Assembly (NCBI RefSeq): GCF_031769215.1
Contig: NW_026782949.1
Span: 1-64,000 of the forward strand
From: Ylistrum balloti
Lineage: Eukaryota
Reading direction: 5' to 3'
Length of the DNA: 64,000 nt
Part shown: piece by piece, positions 37,090 to 50,969 of the stretch
Position numbering within the stretch: the first letter of the stretch is position 1
Layout of the letters: every line of letters begins with the position of its first letter
The notes under the pieces: model-generated
The model's input: only the letters and a program-made list of their open reading frames with translations
Told to the model about the DNA's origin: nothing
The model's database searches: none
Position numbers and translations under genes: made by a program

Positions 37090-38440
37090 CATCTTGGATT
37101 TTGACTTTGAACAGTTTTATGGCCATTTCTTTGAAGTTCTTGATGGATTTTTCCTAAATTTCATATGTAGGTTTCCTATGGGCCCTCATGTGCCGTTTGA
37201 CATTGGGTCTAATAAAAAAAATGACTGACAGGCGGCCATCTGGTATTTTAACTTTGAAAGTTTGTTATTGCTATTTCTTGAGAACTACTTGATGGATCTT
37301 TCTCAAATTTCATATGTAGGTCCCCCTTGGTCTCTTGTTGTGCCCATGTAACTTTGGGTTTGATCAGAAAAACGAAATGGCAGACAGGCAACCATCTTGG
37401 ATTTTCCCTAGTAAAGATGGTTATTGCAATTTCAAAACAAGTACTGAATGCCCATCTCTCAAACTTCATATGCATGTTCCCTTTGATCTCACCTTGTGCT
37501 CGTTTGCTATTGGGACTGATCAAAAGAAACAAAATGACTCACGACCAGAAACATGTCCTTTATCCATGGCGTTGGGCTGACCAGACGTGTTCTCACCAGT
37601 GGTGGCGGTTCTCTACGTGTGCAGGGCGATACTCCCCAGTTTGTTTTGCATTTTGGTTCATTTCATAGCAGGTTTTACCGCTTTCCATTCTCATTGTTTG
37701 TATTAAGTTTGCCTGTTTATTTCAGCCTGTTTTTTCCCCACTCGTGTTCAGACATGTGTCAGTGAATCTTAGTATTTTTTGTTCATTGTTTTTTCATGCT
37801 GGGTTGCTGTTTGTTACATGTTTTTTTCTGTTGAATTGTATTCAATTCATTCAAGTAGTGTTTACCCTCTTTTTGTTTTACAGCGATTGAATTAATTTGC
37901 GATCTGAAATGATCGTGACTTGACCAAAGTTTGTTAATTTCGGGTCAGTCCAATATCCAACATGGGCGCCATTTTGAAAATACATTGAAAACACTTTTTC
38001 AACTTCTTCTCAAGTTCTACCTGTTACATTGAGCTGAAACTTACCTGAAATGATTGTGACATGGCCCTGCCTAAAGTTTGTTAATTTCGGGTTGGTCAGA
38101 AATCCAAGATGGCCACCATCTTGAAAACACATTTTCAACTTCTTCTCAAGTTCCACCAGTGCAATTGCGTCAAAACTGGCATGAAATGATCGTGACATGG
38201 CACTGACCAAAGTTTGTTACTTCAAACATCCTCTGAATAACCAGAACACCCAGGGTGATGATATTTGGCCTGTAGCATGCTGGGATGAAGGTTTATGAAG
38301 TTTCTTGAAATTAATAACCTTAACCCACTTTCAAGGTGGTGGTTGAGTGTCCTTAATTCTTAAATCCAGGTGAAATAAGTTCAAAATTTGAAATCTTGTA
38401 TTTTATGTCAGATGACCATTTAGGCCCATGGGCCTCTTGT
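37090..38440. mobile_element. Degenerate Helentron/HINE-like non-autonomous repeats
   Basis: Internal repeats of a CAAGATGGC(C/G)GCC/GCCATCTTG type and a terminal palindrome AGGCCCATGGGCCT followed by CTTGTT near 38422-38441. Confidence 0.4.
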
Positions 38441-38493
38441 TTGTATTTTTCATTTCTATTGTTATGAGCTTTTCGTTCTGTGTAGCAGAGGTT

Positions 38494-40372
38494 ATGGCTA
38501 GTAATGGCCTTCGCTGCAGTACCGTCAATGGGTGCGGCGGTCACTTTTATAGTGAAGCCGACCCCCATTCCCCTTGTCCCCAGTGCCGCAACTGCTCAGA
38601 GGAGAAACCCTGTGATTTCTGTTTGATTGGTTCTCCCTCTGGCAGTGTGGTGGCTACTGTTAAGTGCTCTTACTCAGACTGAAAGGGTAAATCTTCCGAC
38701 CGGGGTAAGGACAAGTGCAAGATTGTCACTAGGTTGTCTAAGGATGTTGCCCACAGTGTACTTGTGTCTGGACCCACCGCCTCCATTTCAGTGGCATTAG
38801 TTGGTGCCAGGAGTGGCCCATCCCTCGCAGACTCTTGGGAGGAGCAGTTCAGCTCAGAGTGGGATTGTGCTGATGCTGAACTGATTGGGACCCAGTTTTT
38901 CCAGAGCTTGCCTTCGGTTAGGGGCGTGTCCCAATCATCATTCACCAACTTGTTTGGTGGCCCTGGTGTACCGGTAGCTTCTGGTTCTGGGGAGGGTCCT
39001 TGTCTGGTTCCTGGGTTGGCCCTGCCCCCAGGTTTTGAGGCCCGCTCCTGTAATCCTTTAGGTTTACATGTGGTGCCTGACTTTCCAGCCCCACACCCAA
39101 GCAGGCCAATTTGGCCAACCCTGGGGTCACTCCCATCCTTGGAGTCCTTCTTCCTACCCTCACTGGAATCCTTGGGGTTTGGTTTCACCAAACCAGCAGA
39201 GATACGGTAGTTTGTTGGTCCCCCACTCCCCAACAATCCTCCTGTTTGGGGGCCATTTCGGCACTAGGAGACACCAGGCTGTTAGTGCTTTGATTTCTTG
39301 GGCGGTCCCCTCTGCTCATTCCAAGGGGCTTGAGGCATCCAGGTTTGCTGCACGCCCTAAGGCCAAGGTGGGTAAATACTCTCCTAAACGTTCCCACCTG
39401 GAGTCCACACAATTCAGGCTCTGATGGCTTCCTCAAGATGTTGATGCCTTGGAGCCCATGGATTGTGAGGGATCTGGCATTGCAGAGTGTGACGTTCTTA
39501 ATCTGTCACCTGGGTGCTCAGAGGTCGATGACCTATCAGAAGTCCCAGTCATCAGACGAGGCAGAGGTGGTAGCTGATATTTCCCATCTGCTTTTACGTC
39601 ATTGGTCCCAGAGGCCACCACATCCCTAAGTTTTGTGGTACCTCCTAAACCTGCTCCTTGCAGTGACAGGACCCTACCAGAAGGGACAATTGTGTCCTCA
39701 GCTCTGGCTACTGCTCAGGGGCGTGTCATGGAGAAAAATTCCTACTCTAGATGGGCTTCTGGGTTTCCTGGGCTGCAACTTGGGGTGACAGACTTATCAG
39801 AGGTTAGACCCTCCGATTATGCTATCCACGACGAAAAGCTGTCTCCTCATCCAGCCAAGCTGGAGTCAAGGGACCTTTCTTCCTTGCCCAGGAAGGCGGT
39901 AGACCGTGTGGTGTTCCAATCTAAGGAGCATCACAAGGTCATGAGGATGTTGCACCTCTCCCTTCATATCCTGTCATACATCAATTGTTTTACCGTATTC
40001 TTGTACAGACTGTCTGATCTGCCCGAGGATTGGCTCTCTGTGGAGGAGAGGCAGGATATGCAGGACAGACTTAGATCTGCCCTGAATTCTGCATTACATT
40101 CGGTTGTGGCGTTGCAATATTCGCTGCTTGCCCACATGATGCTCACTCGTCTGTGTTCCATCTTAGTGAGCGAACCTTTCCGCTCCAGCCTTTTGATGGT
40201 CCTCGTCAATGGTCCCACTCTGTTCAGTGGTGTTTTACCTTTTGCTCAGAAGGACCTGAAGAATTACCAGGTAGCCTCTGGCATTCTTTTCAAGAACCTT
40301 GGGCCCAGGGGTCCTAGTTTTTCACAGGGTGCTGGGCCTGCTGCGAAGAGGTCTAGGCCTAATCCCAAGCAG
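38494..40372 (+). mobile_element. DIRS-type retrotransposon, gag region (degenerate)
   Basis: N-terminal Cys/His cluster MASNGLRCSTVNGCGGHFYSEADPHSPCPQCRNCSEEKPCDFC, Pro/Ser-rich GC-rich middle, and C-terminal helical ORF 39602-40426. Colinear with a DIRS RT at 43425. Confidence 0.7.
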
Positions 40373-43334
40373 CATGCTTGGCCGAGACCTCTTCACAGCA
40401 ATTTTTTAATTTTTTTGAATTTTTAAAAAACAATCTGTAAAATACGACTAAGTCCGGATTGATTTTGTTTGATCATGGTGGATGACAGTGATGACTTGGA
40501 TTCGACGTCATTGTTGGAGTACAAGAAGTCTTACCATGAATTGAGGCATGAACTGGGGCCCTCTATCAAAGGTGAACACTTCATACATTGTGAAGTTTGT
40601 AGAGTGGACTTTAGCTGTGCCCATGCAGGGAGGAATGACTGCAAACGACATGTGACATCAAAAGTCCATGTTGACTGGCCATCGTTGCAAAAATCAAACT
40701 GCAAGCTCACTTCCTTTTGCTAGCAATCACAAACAACTGAGCAGTTTGAACACAATTTACAAGTGACGAATGCAGAATCTGGTGTGAGTGAACTGATAGC
40801 TGAATTCAACTTGTCATTAAGTTCAGCAGACGCTCTCTGTCTAACGCTCAAAAGTATTTTCATTCAGTTGTATGTCAATTCTCATTGTAGCATTACAATG
40901 TGGTCGAACAAAGGCAACTGCCATGATAAAGGATTTGGCTGATATAACAAAAGACTCTCCGACAAAAGGCCACAGAAAGGAATATTTACCATATCCACAG
41001 ATGGAAGCAATGACATTAAAAGCAAGCAGTATCCTTTGGTAGTGAGGACTTTAAAAACAGAAACTATGACAGTGGATTCAGAGCTTCTATCCATTCCCAT
41101 ATGTAAGGGAGCAGCAACAGGTAAGTGAAGTGCATGGACTAATAACATCAAAGTAGCAAATATATATAAATCATGATTGATATTTGTTTTACATGCCTTG
41201 TATATGTAGTTAATATCTTGTTCGAGGTAATTTATTTTATTGGTTTTGTTTGTTTGGTTTTTTGTTTTTATTCAAAATTAAGTTCATAATATGAAAAAAT
41301 CAGTTTAAAACGGCAGGACTGATTGTATTGATTCATCTTTTTAAATGCATTTTAATTAACTTGAATAGGTGATAATATTTTCTAGCTGATGGATGAAGAA
41401 CTTCAGTCCAGAAACATTCCATGGTCAAATTGTCTGGCTTTAGGTTGTGATAATGCCAGTGTAATGACTCGGCACAAGAAAGGAGTATTTTCATTTGTGA
41501 AAGAGAAACAACTGCAAATATACCTGTCAGGATGCCCTCATCATTTAGTGCATATAACTGCTCAGAAATTTGTCAAGTGTCTTCCAGCTGTTGACGAGGC
41601 TGTGGTGAATATCTTTTTTTTTATTTTAACAAGAGTGATAAAAGGCATTCAGAGCTCAGAGAAGCACAGGTTTTTCTTGAAATGGAACAGAAAGGGATGA
41701 TAAACCATGTTTCTACCAGGTGGCCGAGTATTGGGTGGTACGTAATATATCACTACATGATATTATCAATGTGTTAACTTATAAGAATTGTCAATTACTG
41801 ATTACTGATATTAATAATTATGTATGTTTATTCCACTTTGTACCCTGTCAAGTTGCTATTGATAGTCATTTTTGTCCTTGTGTTTTTCAGATGCGTTGAC
41901 CGCCTCCTTCATCTGAAGATCTACTTTAAGCAGCAGAAAGAAATCCTGGACACAAAACTACAAAAACAGGCTATGAAGCAGAAAGGAAAGGGGGATAAGT
42001 CAAGCATTACTCCTTCACAAACTGAGGTCTCCTATGCACAAAAGAAAATATTTTCAATTTTGTAAGGTCTCCTACAAACAAACTGTATGTGATGTTTTTA
42101 CTACACTATAAAGGTGTTTGATGAAATTCTTAAGAAACTACAGGCAGAGGATTGAAAAGTCCACACACTCAAACATGCTCTACATCATCTTATGAGGACA
42201 CTGTTATTAAGGTTTGTAAAACCTGCAGCCATGAATTATGGCAAACCTGTTGATGAAGTTTCCATTCTCAGTACAACATCAAAGAAAGAACTGACCTAGT
42301 CATTGGAGAGGAAGCAAAGGAGTTTATCAGAAACAAAAATATCACAAGCTGAGGGACTCCATGATTAAAGAATTTTATAGTGATGCTTGTTTGCTTCTTC
42401 CAAACAGAATGTGACTACATCAAGGAAAAACTTCCAATCAACGAACCAGTTCTTCGGTATGCTGAAGTGTCAGATGTAGCTTGGCAGTTGACAGCCAAGT
42501 CTGGACATCTTGAAATATTACTGGATAAATTTCCTTGTTTGTTAACATCAATGGACATAGATAAGGACAAACTCATGGAAGAGTTTGCATTGTATCAATC
42601 CCAAGATATCCACTCATGCATCAGAGATTGATTGGATTAAACCTGCGGAGAAATTGAAAACTTAAAAGGTGACAATGGTAAAAAAAGTTGTTCAAGTGTT
42701 TTCCTAAAGTAATGATGGCAATTGTGACTATTCCCGACAGCAGTGCTCACTGTGAGAGTGTGTTCAGCACGGCGCGGAAAAACAGAATAGACCAGAGAAG
42801 TGCACTGTCAGATTCTACACTAGAATCACTTCAAGTTCTGAAGGCAAGACCTGTTGATTTAGAGGCCAAACTAAAAAAAGGCTTTAATAGGGAAACACTC
42901 AAAAGACTGAAATCTGCTTATTATGTGTCTAAATCTAGTCACAACAAAAGTTGAACCTGTTTATAAACTTAATAAACTAAAATAAAGAGACAAAAAGAGG
43001 TAATCCCCTCAGGTCAAGTTCATTGTTTTATTGTGTTTTTTCTACAGTTAACTTACATTCATATTATAAAAGTTTTTGAATTCAAATTGCAATTTTCAAA
43101 ATGTTTTTAAATTGTGAATTTGAAATAAAATGTTTTTAGAATGCATATGTAGTTGGAGTAGTATTATGATTGTAATTGTATTGCTGTTTGAAAGGCCATC
43201 TTATGTCATTATTTGACTAGCAATAAACACATTAAATAAAACCAACAACTACTACATTTCTGAAGGGTATTTAACAATTATGTGGTGGGTGTATTTGAAA
43301 TGATCACACATAAATAATCTAATTGACAAGCATG
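40373..43334 (+). mobile_element. Decayed intron-containing hAT transposon inserted in the DIRS element
   Basis: Zn finger CEVCRVDFSCAHAGRNDCKRHVTSKVH, ISTDGSND, GCDNASVM, GCPHHLVH, STRW, and hATC motif IPDSSAHCESVFS. Contains stops and frameshifts. Ends approximate (CATGCTTGGC / GACAAGCATG, no TSD seen). Confidence 0.8.
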
Positions 43335-43424
43335 TGAAAATACTGACTGCAAGTCCTCATCTTACTGATGACATAAAATGAGGGTACACAGATCTGGTTT
43401 AGATGTACGGTTACCGGAACATCC

Positions 43425-43790
43425 GGTAAGCAGTCGTCTGGCCTCATTTCTCACATAGTGGAGGGAAATAACTCAAGACAGCTGGGCCTTATCAGTGGTG
43501 TCGGAGGATTTGGGGATTCCCAATGGTGAGGTCGAGGAGATTCCAGTGTTGGGATGTACACCCTGCTTCTACTCTAGAATGTTTTTGGTACGGAAGAAGT
43601 CTGGTGTTTGGCACCCAATCATCAATCTGAGTACTTTCAATAAGCATGTAGATTCTCACTTCGGCCTAACCATTGCCCCTTTGGTTTTTACCAAACTGTT
43701 ACAGGTGGTGTTGAGTTTCCTGCACTCGTGGAGTATAGATGTTCACATGACAATGACGATTCCCTCATGTTACACATGGTCTTGCTGAAG
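43425..43790 (+). pseudogene. DIRS reverse transcriptase fragment
   Basis: PVSSRLASFLT*WREITQDSWALSVV (DIRS pol-start signature), then FYSRMFLVRKKSGVWHPIINLSTFNKHV..FGLTIAPLVFTK with internal deletions. Confidence 0.8.
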
Positions 43791-44099
43791 ATATGCTTCA
43801 TTCCCTCTGTAACACAGTAAGCATAAACACAAGTACTTGTTGGCAAGTTGAATAATAATAATGTTACATGTACAAAAGCAACATCTCACCAACATATAGA
43901 GTTCATATACTCATACTAGTACTTCGCTTTGTGTCTCGTATCAGAACTGTCCTTGTACTTCTTAGGTATACACTAAAATACCCACTCCTATGATACTGTT
44001 CATCATGGTGTAACCTGTCTGTCCATATGGTGTGTGAGCTCTCTGTCTGTCCATAGGCTAGTGAGCTCTCTGTGTCTGTCCATGAGGCTAGTGAGCTCT

Positions 44100-44850
44100 C
44101 TTCCCCACCCAAAATCTCCCATCCTTTTTATCCATATTCTATCAGATTTTGTCATGGAAATGCCACAATCTAATGCCCCATTGGCTGAGTTTCATATCAG
44201 GGTGGACTTCAGTTCATTAGCTTTCCTAATACATGTTAACCTGAGAATCTCATGTTTTAGGGTTTTAATCGTTGGCACGGCGGGCATTTCCAAAGGCATT
44301 TCAAAAGAAAGTCCACCGTAAATATAGTTTTCATGCCTGGTCTACCAGATATAACATATTGATCAAATTACAAATAAACAAAATAAAAGGATTTTGTTCG
44401 CTCATCAACCAGAATGGGTACACCACAGAGAGATAGATTTGGATTGTCGTGATGTTTCCGAATTTGACCAAAATGCATACAAACTGTTTTTGAGTGTGAG
44501 AATTTAAAACCAAGACAGATTCCAGCTTTGTTTACTTTGAACTTGACAGAGGAGAAGGATGCCTAAATCTTTCTCCTGGGAAATATTTATTTTTAGGTCA
44601 AACTGAAAATTTCCTATTCCACAATGATAAAATAAGTGGTTCAATGTCCCGGATTGCAAGCATCGTGCAAAGTGTGGACTGTCAATTTGATGAGGAGACA
44701 AGTCTGTGGTTCATGCCAGCTGTAAACAATCACAAAGGAAGATTATTTCTGATCACCATTGATAAAGTATCTCCACCTCTAGCGACTGCAATAGATAATG
44801 GAAACTTGTGGGTTTTAAACAGCTAAAAAAGACCACACAATTGATGTGTC
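44100..44850 (-). mobile_element. Highly degraded L1/Tx1-like non-LTR retrotransposon 3' fragment
   Basis: IDSPHFARCLQSGTLNHLFYHC resembles the zf-RVT C-terminal motif. Many stops. Confidence 0.4.
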
Positions 44851-44947
44851 TGATCATCATCAAAGAACTTTATTTTAAAGTCCAGCTACTAGTGCAGAAT
44901 CTACTGTAAATATATGTATCTAGAGGAAATATTTGTAGTTTCTTTAA

Positions 44948-47853
44948 TAGAGCTGTCCGGTTAACCGAAAAGGCAACTCGATATCGGTAGTCTCAAAAAA
45001 CCGGAAATACGAACCGAGCATGCGCACAAATAACCGTACTTTCGGTATCAACAGTAACAACGTGGTTATGGCGGGCAGCGTCAAGCAAAGCAGTCCTGTG
45101 TGGCTATATTTCGAGTAACTAGGAAAAAATGAAACATTCGCTAAATGTAAATTATGCCCGGGAGGTAAAAAGGTTGCAGCACGTTATGGTAATACCAGCA
45201 ATCTCACGGGACATATCGAAACTTCGCATAAAACCGAAGCAGTACAGCTGAAAAAAGCTCTCGAAGAGAAGGCATCGCTGAAGCGTAAATTGAAGGTAAG
45301 TTTCTAAGAAAAAAAAAACAGTCGTGTGTTCAACTCAAGTTACCTAATAATACAGACTTTCGGGCAATGTTTCTTGCAGTCTAAAGTACACGGGGCCGTT
45401 TTCATAAAATGGATTATATGAACGATCAAATGCATGCGGAAATAAAAGCTTTCTTTTGAGAGATCGTTTCGAAATGGCCACACTTTTAAAGAGACGTACC
45501 CAGACATGAATAATATATGGGAATAATAATATATGTAAATAGATAAAAATATGGAAAATGAATTAAATTAAAAGATTTGAATGAATGAATTAAATAGATG
45601 GATTGTTTGAATTTAAGTTTGAATTCATATTTCAAATATATTATAGGCCCTACCTATAATTGGGAATATTCTGCTCCTTCCAGGATGAAGCAGTCCCCAG
45701 CGAATCCCCAGGAACATCAAGTAAACAAACAAAAATGGTGCCTTTCCTACAGGACAAAAAGTGGGGCTCTCAGGACAAGAGACAGAGAGATTGTAATAAA
45801 AAATTAACTGAAATGATATGCATTGACCTTCAGCCTGTCAGCATCGTAAATGACCAGGGTTTTCGTGAATTCATTCATTGCCTTCAGCCAGCTTACAATA
45901 TACATAAGAGACTCATTAATTCCAAAGGCATATATGGAGCAATCGTCAGTGATAAAATCAAAACTGAAGGATTGTGTGTCCTTGGGCATTACTCTAGATC
46001 ATTGGACCTCAGTAGCACAAGATGCCTACATGGCAGTGACCGCTCACTTCTTATCAGATAACTTCACCATCAGTGACTACTGCTTAAATGTTGCACATAT
46101 GCCTGAATCACACACAGCAGTGAACATATCTGAAGCTCTACTTTCCTGCCTCGACGTATGGATCCCAGATTATAACGAAAGGACATTGAAGATCTATGTT
46201 GTGACAGATAATGCATCAAATGTGCAAGCAGCTATGAGACAACTTCCATCTTCTAAGTTCGTTCCTCTCAATTGCTTTGCTCATACATTACAACTTGCTG
46301 TGAACGATGCAGTCAAGAAATTCTTTGGGCTTGAAAAAGTAATTGCGAAGGCTAAAGTTATCACTAAACATTTTCATGCAAGCGCAAAGGATACACACAG
46401 CCTTGCTGAGAAGCAGAAATCATTGGGTGTGCCTGTGCATCGTCTGAAGAGTGAATGCCCAACAAGGTGGAATTCATTGTATTATTTACTGGAGAGACTA
46501 GTCGAGCAAAGAGAATCAGTAACCGCTGTATTAGCTACGAACGATAAGATAAATGATCTTAAAAAATCTGAGTGGAAGATCGCTGCAAGTTATGTAAGTG
46601 CCCTGAAACCATTTGAGGATGCAACAAACATGATGTCTGCGTCTAGATATGCTACAAGCTCAATGATAATCCCAGTCCTGCACGTTTTGAATGAGCAGAT
46701 GAAAGACGTTGAAATGAATGACTTTGGAAAGCAGATACATGCCAACATCAATGCCAGATGGCCTGAATATGAGATGAAGCTTGAGTTTGCAATACCCACA
46801 TACCTCGATCCCAGGTTCAAGAATTATGGGTTCAATGATGACACAGCCAGAGACCGGACAGCAAAAGAAATAGTGCAGCTGATGTTAGACAATGCTAAGA
46901 ATCCTCAAGTTATCGAAACTCCGAGTGCATGTGAATCTGACATCAAAAAGCAGTCTGCTAGTGCGACTGAGTCATCAGAGACTGCTACGACGTCAAAGAA
47001 GACTGTGTGGGAAATATTCAAGAAAATGGTAGATAAGAAGAAGCAGACTGCTTCTGAGCACTCAACTGATAATCTACGGGAAAAGATGGAACATGAACTT
47101 CAGTTGTTTTGTAGTGAGGAACTTTTGGAACCTGAGAAATCTCCATTCGACTGGTGGAAAACAAACAAGACTAGGTACTCAAACCTTGCAAAGTTGGCAC
47201 AGGTTTTTCTTTCGATACCAGCCACCTCTGTTCCTAGCGAGCGCATGTTCAGCAAATCTGGTCTCATCATCTCCAATCGAAGATCCTGTCTTGAGCCATT
47301 TTTTGCTGAGCAACTTACCTTTCTCGGACATAACCTGCGACAGTGAACTGTGGTACTGACTTGGTTGAGAAGGAAAATTAACACCCTGATGTGTTCAAAA
47401 AATCAGTTTTGTTCAATACTCATTCATGGCACAAGAAGTGTTAGTCAGTGTAGTCTTGCCTATGTTATTATTGTTACTGTTTTCTTTGAACCATATTGCA
47501 CACTTGCAGCTCCATAACAAGTTTCGAATTTTGAAACTCCAGACTGTGTTATAACATATTCATTATAGCTGAAACCAAACCTGTTATATTTTCTATTATT
47601 TTTTTCTGTCTTGTTACTGTTGATAGGTTTGTGCATTCTTGTTGATATACCAGGTGGTATATTTTTTGTTTCTCTTTCATGTTTGAGTTGGAATATCATA
47701 TTTTGTTATTTATTTTATTGTCTCACAAGTTGTGAACCAGTTATAGATCTATTGTTGAATAAAACTGAAAACCGAAACCGAGAATCAACTTTTAATCAAG
47801 TAACCGAATCGAAACCGAAACCGAAGGTCAATTCCCATAACCGGACAGCTCTA
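44948..47853 (+). mobile_element. Ac/ZBED-type hAT transposon with 16-bp perfect TIRs
   Basis: TAGAGCTGTCCGGTTA at 44948 and TAACCGGACAGCTCTA ending at 47853, with subterminal AACCGA repeats (47761-47825). The 8-bp flanks differ (TTCTTTAA vs GTTGGATG). Confidence 0.93.
45068..47346 (+). pseudogene. hAT transposase (BED finger + DDE + hATC), spliced, with one stop and one frameshift
   Basis: Exon 45068-45295 BED finger SPVWLYFE*LG..CKLC..GNTSNLTGHIETSH (in-frame TAA), acceptor near 45683, frameshift near 45900, then TLDHWTS, VTDNASN, CFAHTLQL, TRWNS and SVPSERMFS. Confidence 0.9.
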
Positions 47854-50800
47854 GTTGGATGATGTATTGCCAAAGTTAAGCAAGGCTAGATGTTTTAGCA
47901 AGCTAGATGTCAAGGATGCATATTGGCACGTGAGACTTGACGAGGAGTCTAGCAAGCTCACAACCATGATAACCCCTTTCGGTCGTTTTCGTTGGGCGAG
48001 ACTACCTTTCGGACTCAAGGTGTCCAGCGAAATTTTCCACAGGAAAATAACTGAAGCGTTAGGTGACTTAGATGGAGTCTTCACGATAGCGGACGACATC
48101 ATTGTAGCCGGTTGCGGAAGCGACGACTCAGCAGCTAATCGCGACAACGACCGGAAACTACGCTCTCTCTATAAGCGGTGTAAGGAGCAGAACATCACTC
48201 TAAATGAGGATAAAAAGGCTATTGGCCTACGTGAGATTTCATTCCATGGTCACTCGATAACCAGTGATGGTGTGAAGCCCGATGACAAGAAGATCAAGGC
48301 AATTATGGAGATGCCAGCTCCCGAGGATGTCTCTGGTGTGAAACGATTTTGCGGAGTTGTGCAATACATGGCCAAGTTTCTACCAGACCTCGCGATCACT
48401 TTGGAACCCATTCGTGCATTGACGCGCAAAGATGTGGAGTGGAACTGGTCTAAAGACTGTCAAACCGCGTTCGACGAAGTAAAGCGCAAACTCACGAAAG
48501 CACCCGTATTGGCTTATTTCGACGCCAACAAGGAAGTCGTTGTTCAGGTCGACAGTAGTCAACATGGAATTGGCGCCGTACTGATGCAATGTGGACAACC
48601 CATAGAATTTGCATCACGATCCCTAACGACATCTGAGCGAAACTGGGCACAGATAGAGAAGGAGGCCCTGGCAATACTTTTTGGTCTCGAGCGTTTTGAT
48701 CAGTACACGTATGGACGAGCCGTTACAATCCAAAATGATCACAAACCGTTAGCATCGATACTGAAAAAGCCACTGAGTGATGCGCCAAAACGACTACAGA
48801 ACATTCTAGTGCGTTTGAACCAATATGATTTCGAATTCCAATTTGTGAAAGGAATGAACCTGACCATTGCTGATGCGTTGAGCAGAGCTGAACTGGTTTC
48901 TGAAACTGAACCGCGACCGAGAATCATGTCTGTAAATGCTTTCAGTAACATTCCCGATGCAAGACTCGAGGAAGTTCGTGAGGCTACTGAAAAGGATCCT
49001 GGGATGCAGGAACTCGTATCATTGATTCTGTGTGGGTGGCCTAGTGACAAGGCTAGCGTTCCCGCTGCTGGGAGACCCTACTTTGATTTCTGCGACATGT
49101 TAGGATATCATGATGGTATTGTGATGAAAGGTGAATCCGTAGTGATCCTGCAATCGTTACGCGCGGACATGAAAGCCAGACTACATAGTGCTCATCTTGC
49201 CTATGACACGAGGCACCATATTTTGGCCCGGCATGGCCAAAGATATCAAGCAAATGGCAGATGCCTGCAAGGCATGTCAAGAACTCAAACCTAGTAACCC
49301 GCAGGAAAGCTTGAAACAACATACAGAGGGTACTCCATGGGAAAAGATCGGGACCGATTTGTTCGAAATTCAGGGGCGTAATTACATCGTCAGTGTTGAT
49401 TACTACTCCAACGACATTGAAGTCGAGCACCTGACGTCAACTACCTCGAACAAAGTAATAAATGTGCTGAAGAAGCAATTTGCCCGATTTGGTGTACCGT
49501 CGGAAATTGTATCGGACGGGGGACCTCAGTACTTCTCCCACGACTTTGCCAAATTTGTTAAATCCTGGGGAATCCATCACAAGGTCTCATCACCAAACTA
49601 CGCCAAGAGTAATGGCAAGGCAGAATCAGCCGTAAAGATCATCAAACATATGATGATTAAGTGCTTGCGCGATGGATCTGACCAATATGAAGCTCTTTTG
49701 GAACTGAGAAATACTCCAAGGCAGGACACTGGCAAGAGTCCTGCCGAAATGATGTTCGGACATTGTACGCGCACTATGTTGCCGTCAATACATCAAAAAC
49801 CGCGTGACGTCGAAGCTATGACCCGTAGACAGTCCCGTAGAGATATTGTCAAACGTAACTACGACAAGAAGTCTCGAGTACTCCCGAAACTGAGGAAAGG
49901 ACAGAATGTGTACTACAAGAAATTCCCGTCTGATATCTGGAGACAAGGAAAGATAATAGATGAAGTGGCTGATAGGTCGTACACGCTTCAAACTCCCAAT
50001 GGTGCGATTTATCGTAGAAATCGTGTTCATCTACGCACAACTACAGTGAACGTGAACATTCGTGATCACACGCCAACACGTCCAGTGAAAAGTGAGCCTA
50101 TCAAATTATCTCAATACGATGGTGTGGTCGTCAACAACGAGGATGTGGGCCGCAACGACTCGCGTGATGTCGATATCGGTACCAAGCAAACCGCGCCTGG
50201 AAACAATACTCCGATCGCGACCAGTGTTGGACAATCAGACACTCCGAGTGCACCCAAGGCCAAGCCTGGCATTATGCAATCATCACGACCAGCAAGGACA
50301 ATTCGCGAGCCAGCCTATTTGAAGGACTATGTGCGCTAGTGATGTGTGACTGATGCAATTCGATCCAGTTTTTACTTTTTAGGTGTTCCGGAACTGTGTT
50401 CAAGTTCAAGTGTTTAATTTTGTGTTAATGTTCAAAGAATTAATCTCATAAAGTAATGGTGTAATTCTGAACATTTTAGTTGTTAAAGGTTATAGAACTG
50501 TCTTTATACTGCTGCATCCAAAGACTACTGCTAGTAATATACTGGTGATAAGTTTTATACAATTTATTAAAGCCTCAAGAACTGTGCTAACAATAAGTGC
50601 CAAATTTGATGTCTATTTCCATTCTTAAAGAAAAGGGGATGTTGATGACATTTCGTTCCATATTAATTCCAAGATATATATATATGCATTCGTTCCGCAT
50701 AATTGTGACAGCCTCGCTAGGATACCAATCCCAATTTTGTGTCTACCTATGTGGTACCATGTGCTTCAGTCGAATACAGTAGATCATGGCGGCTACACGT

Positions 50801-50969
50801 GTTAGTGTTATCTGTATTCTGTCGGTCCTGTTAGACCAGATATAGTTATTCACAATGTTAATTATTGTATTTTGTGGTAAACATATCAAAGCTCTAATCA
50901 GAAACATTGGTGATGTTGAATCTTGTACTTGTCTGTCACATCAGTTCAAAGTTGTAGATTGTTCCAACA
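47854..50969 (+). mobile_element. Gypsy LTR retrotransposon, 5'-truncated (RT-RNaseH-IN + PPT + 3' LTR)
   Basis: ORF 47855-49294: KLDVKDAYWHV, LPFGL, IADD, VDSS, YAQ-like WAQIEKE. Frameshift near 49200. ORF to 50339 with H..TIFWPGM, CKAC, GTDLF, SDGGPQ and NGKAES integrase motifs. Confidence 0.95.
50640..50969 (+). repeat. 3' LTR of the first Gypsy (330 bp)
   Basis: TGTTG...CAACA termini directly after the polypurine tract AAAGAAAAGGGGA (50627-50639). No 5' partner in the window. Confidence 0.75.

Noticed and set aside
38670-39629. Overlapping long ORFs on both strands (e.g. 38670-39236 minus, 188 aa)
   Set aside because: They are shadow frames of the GC-rich DIRS gag region and show no independent domain motifs.
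48380-50040. Minus-strand ORFs within Gypsy pol
   Set aside because: They are antisense shadows of the pol ORF with no motifs.
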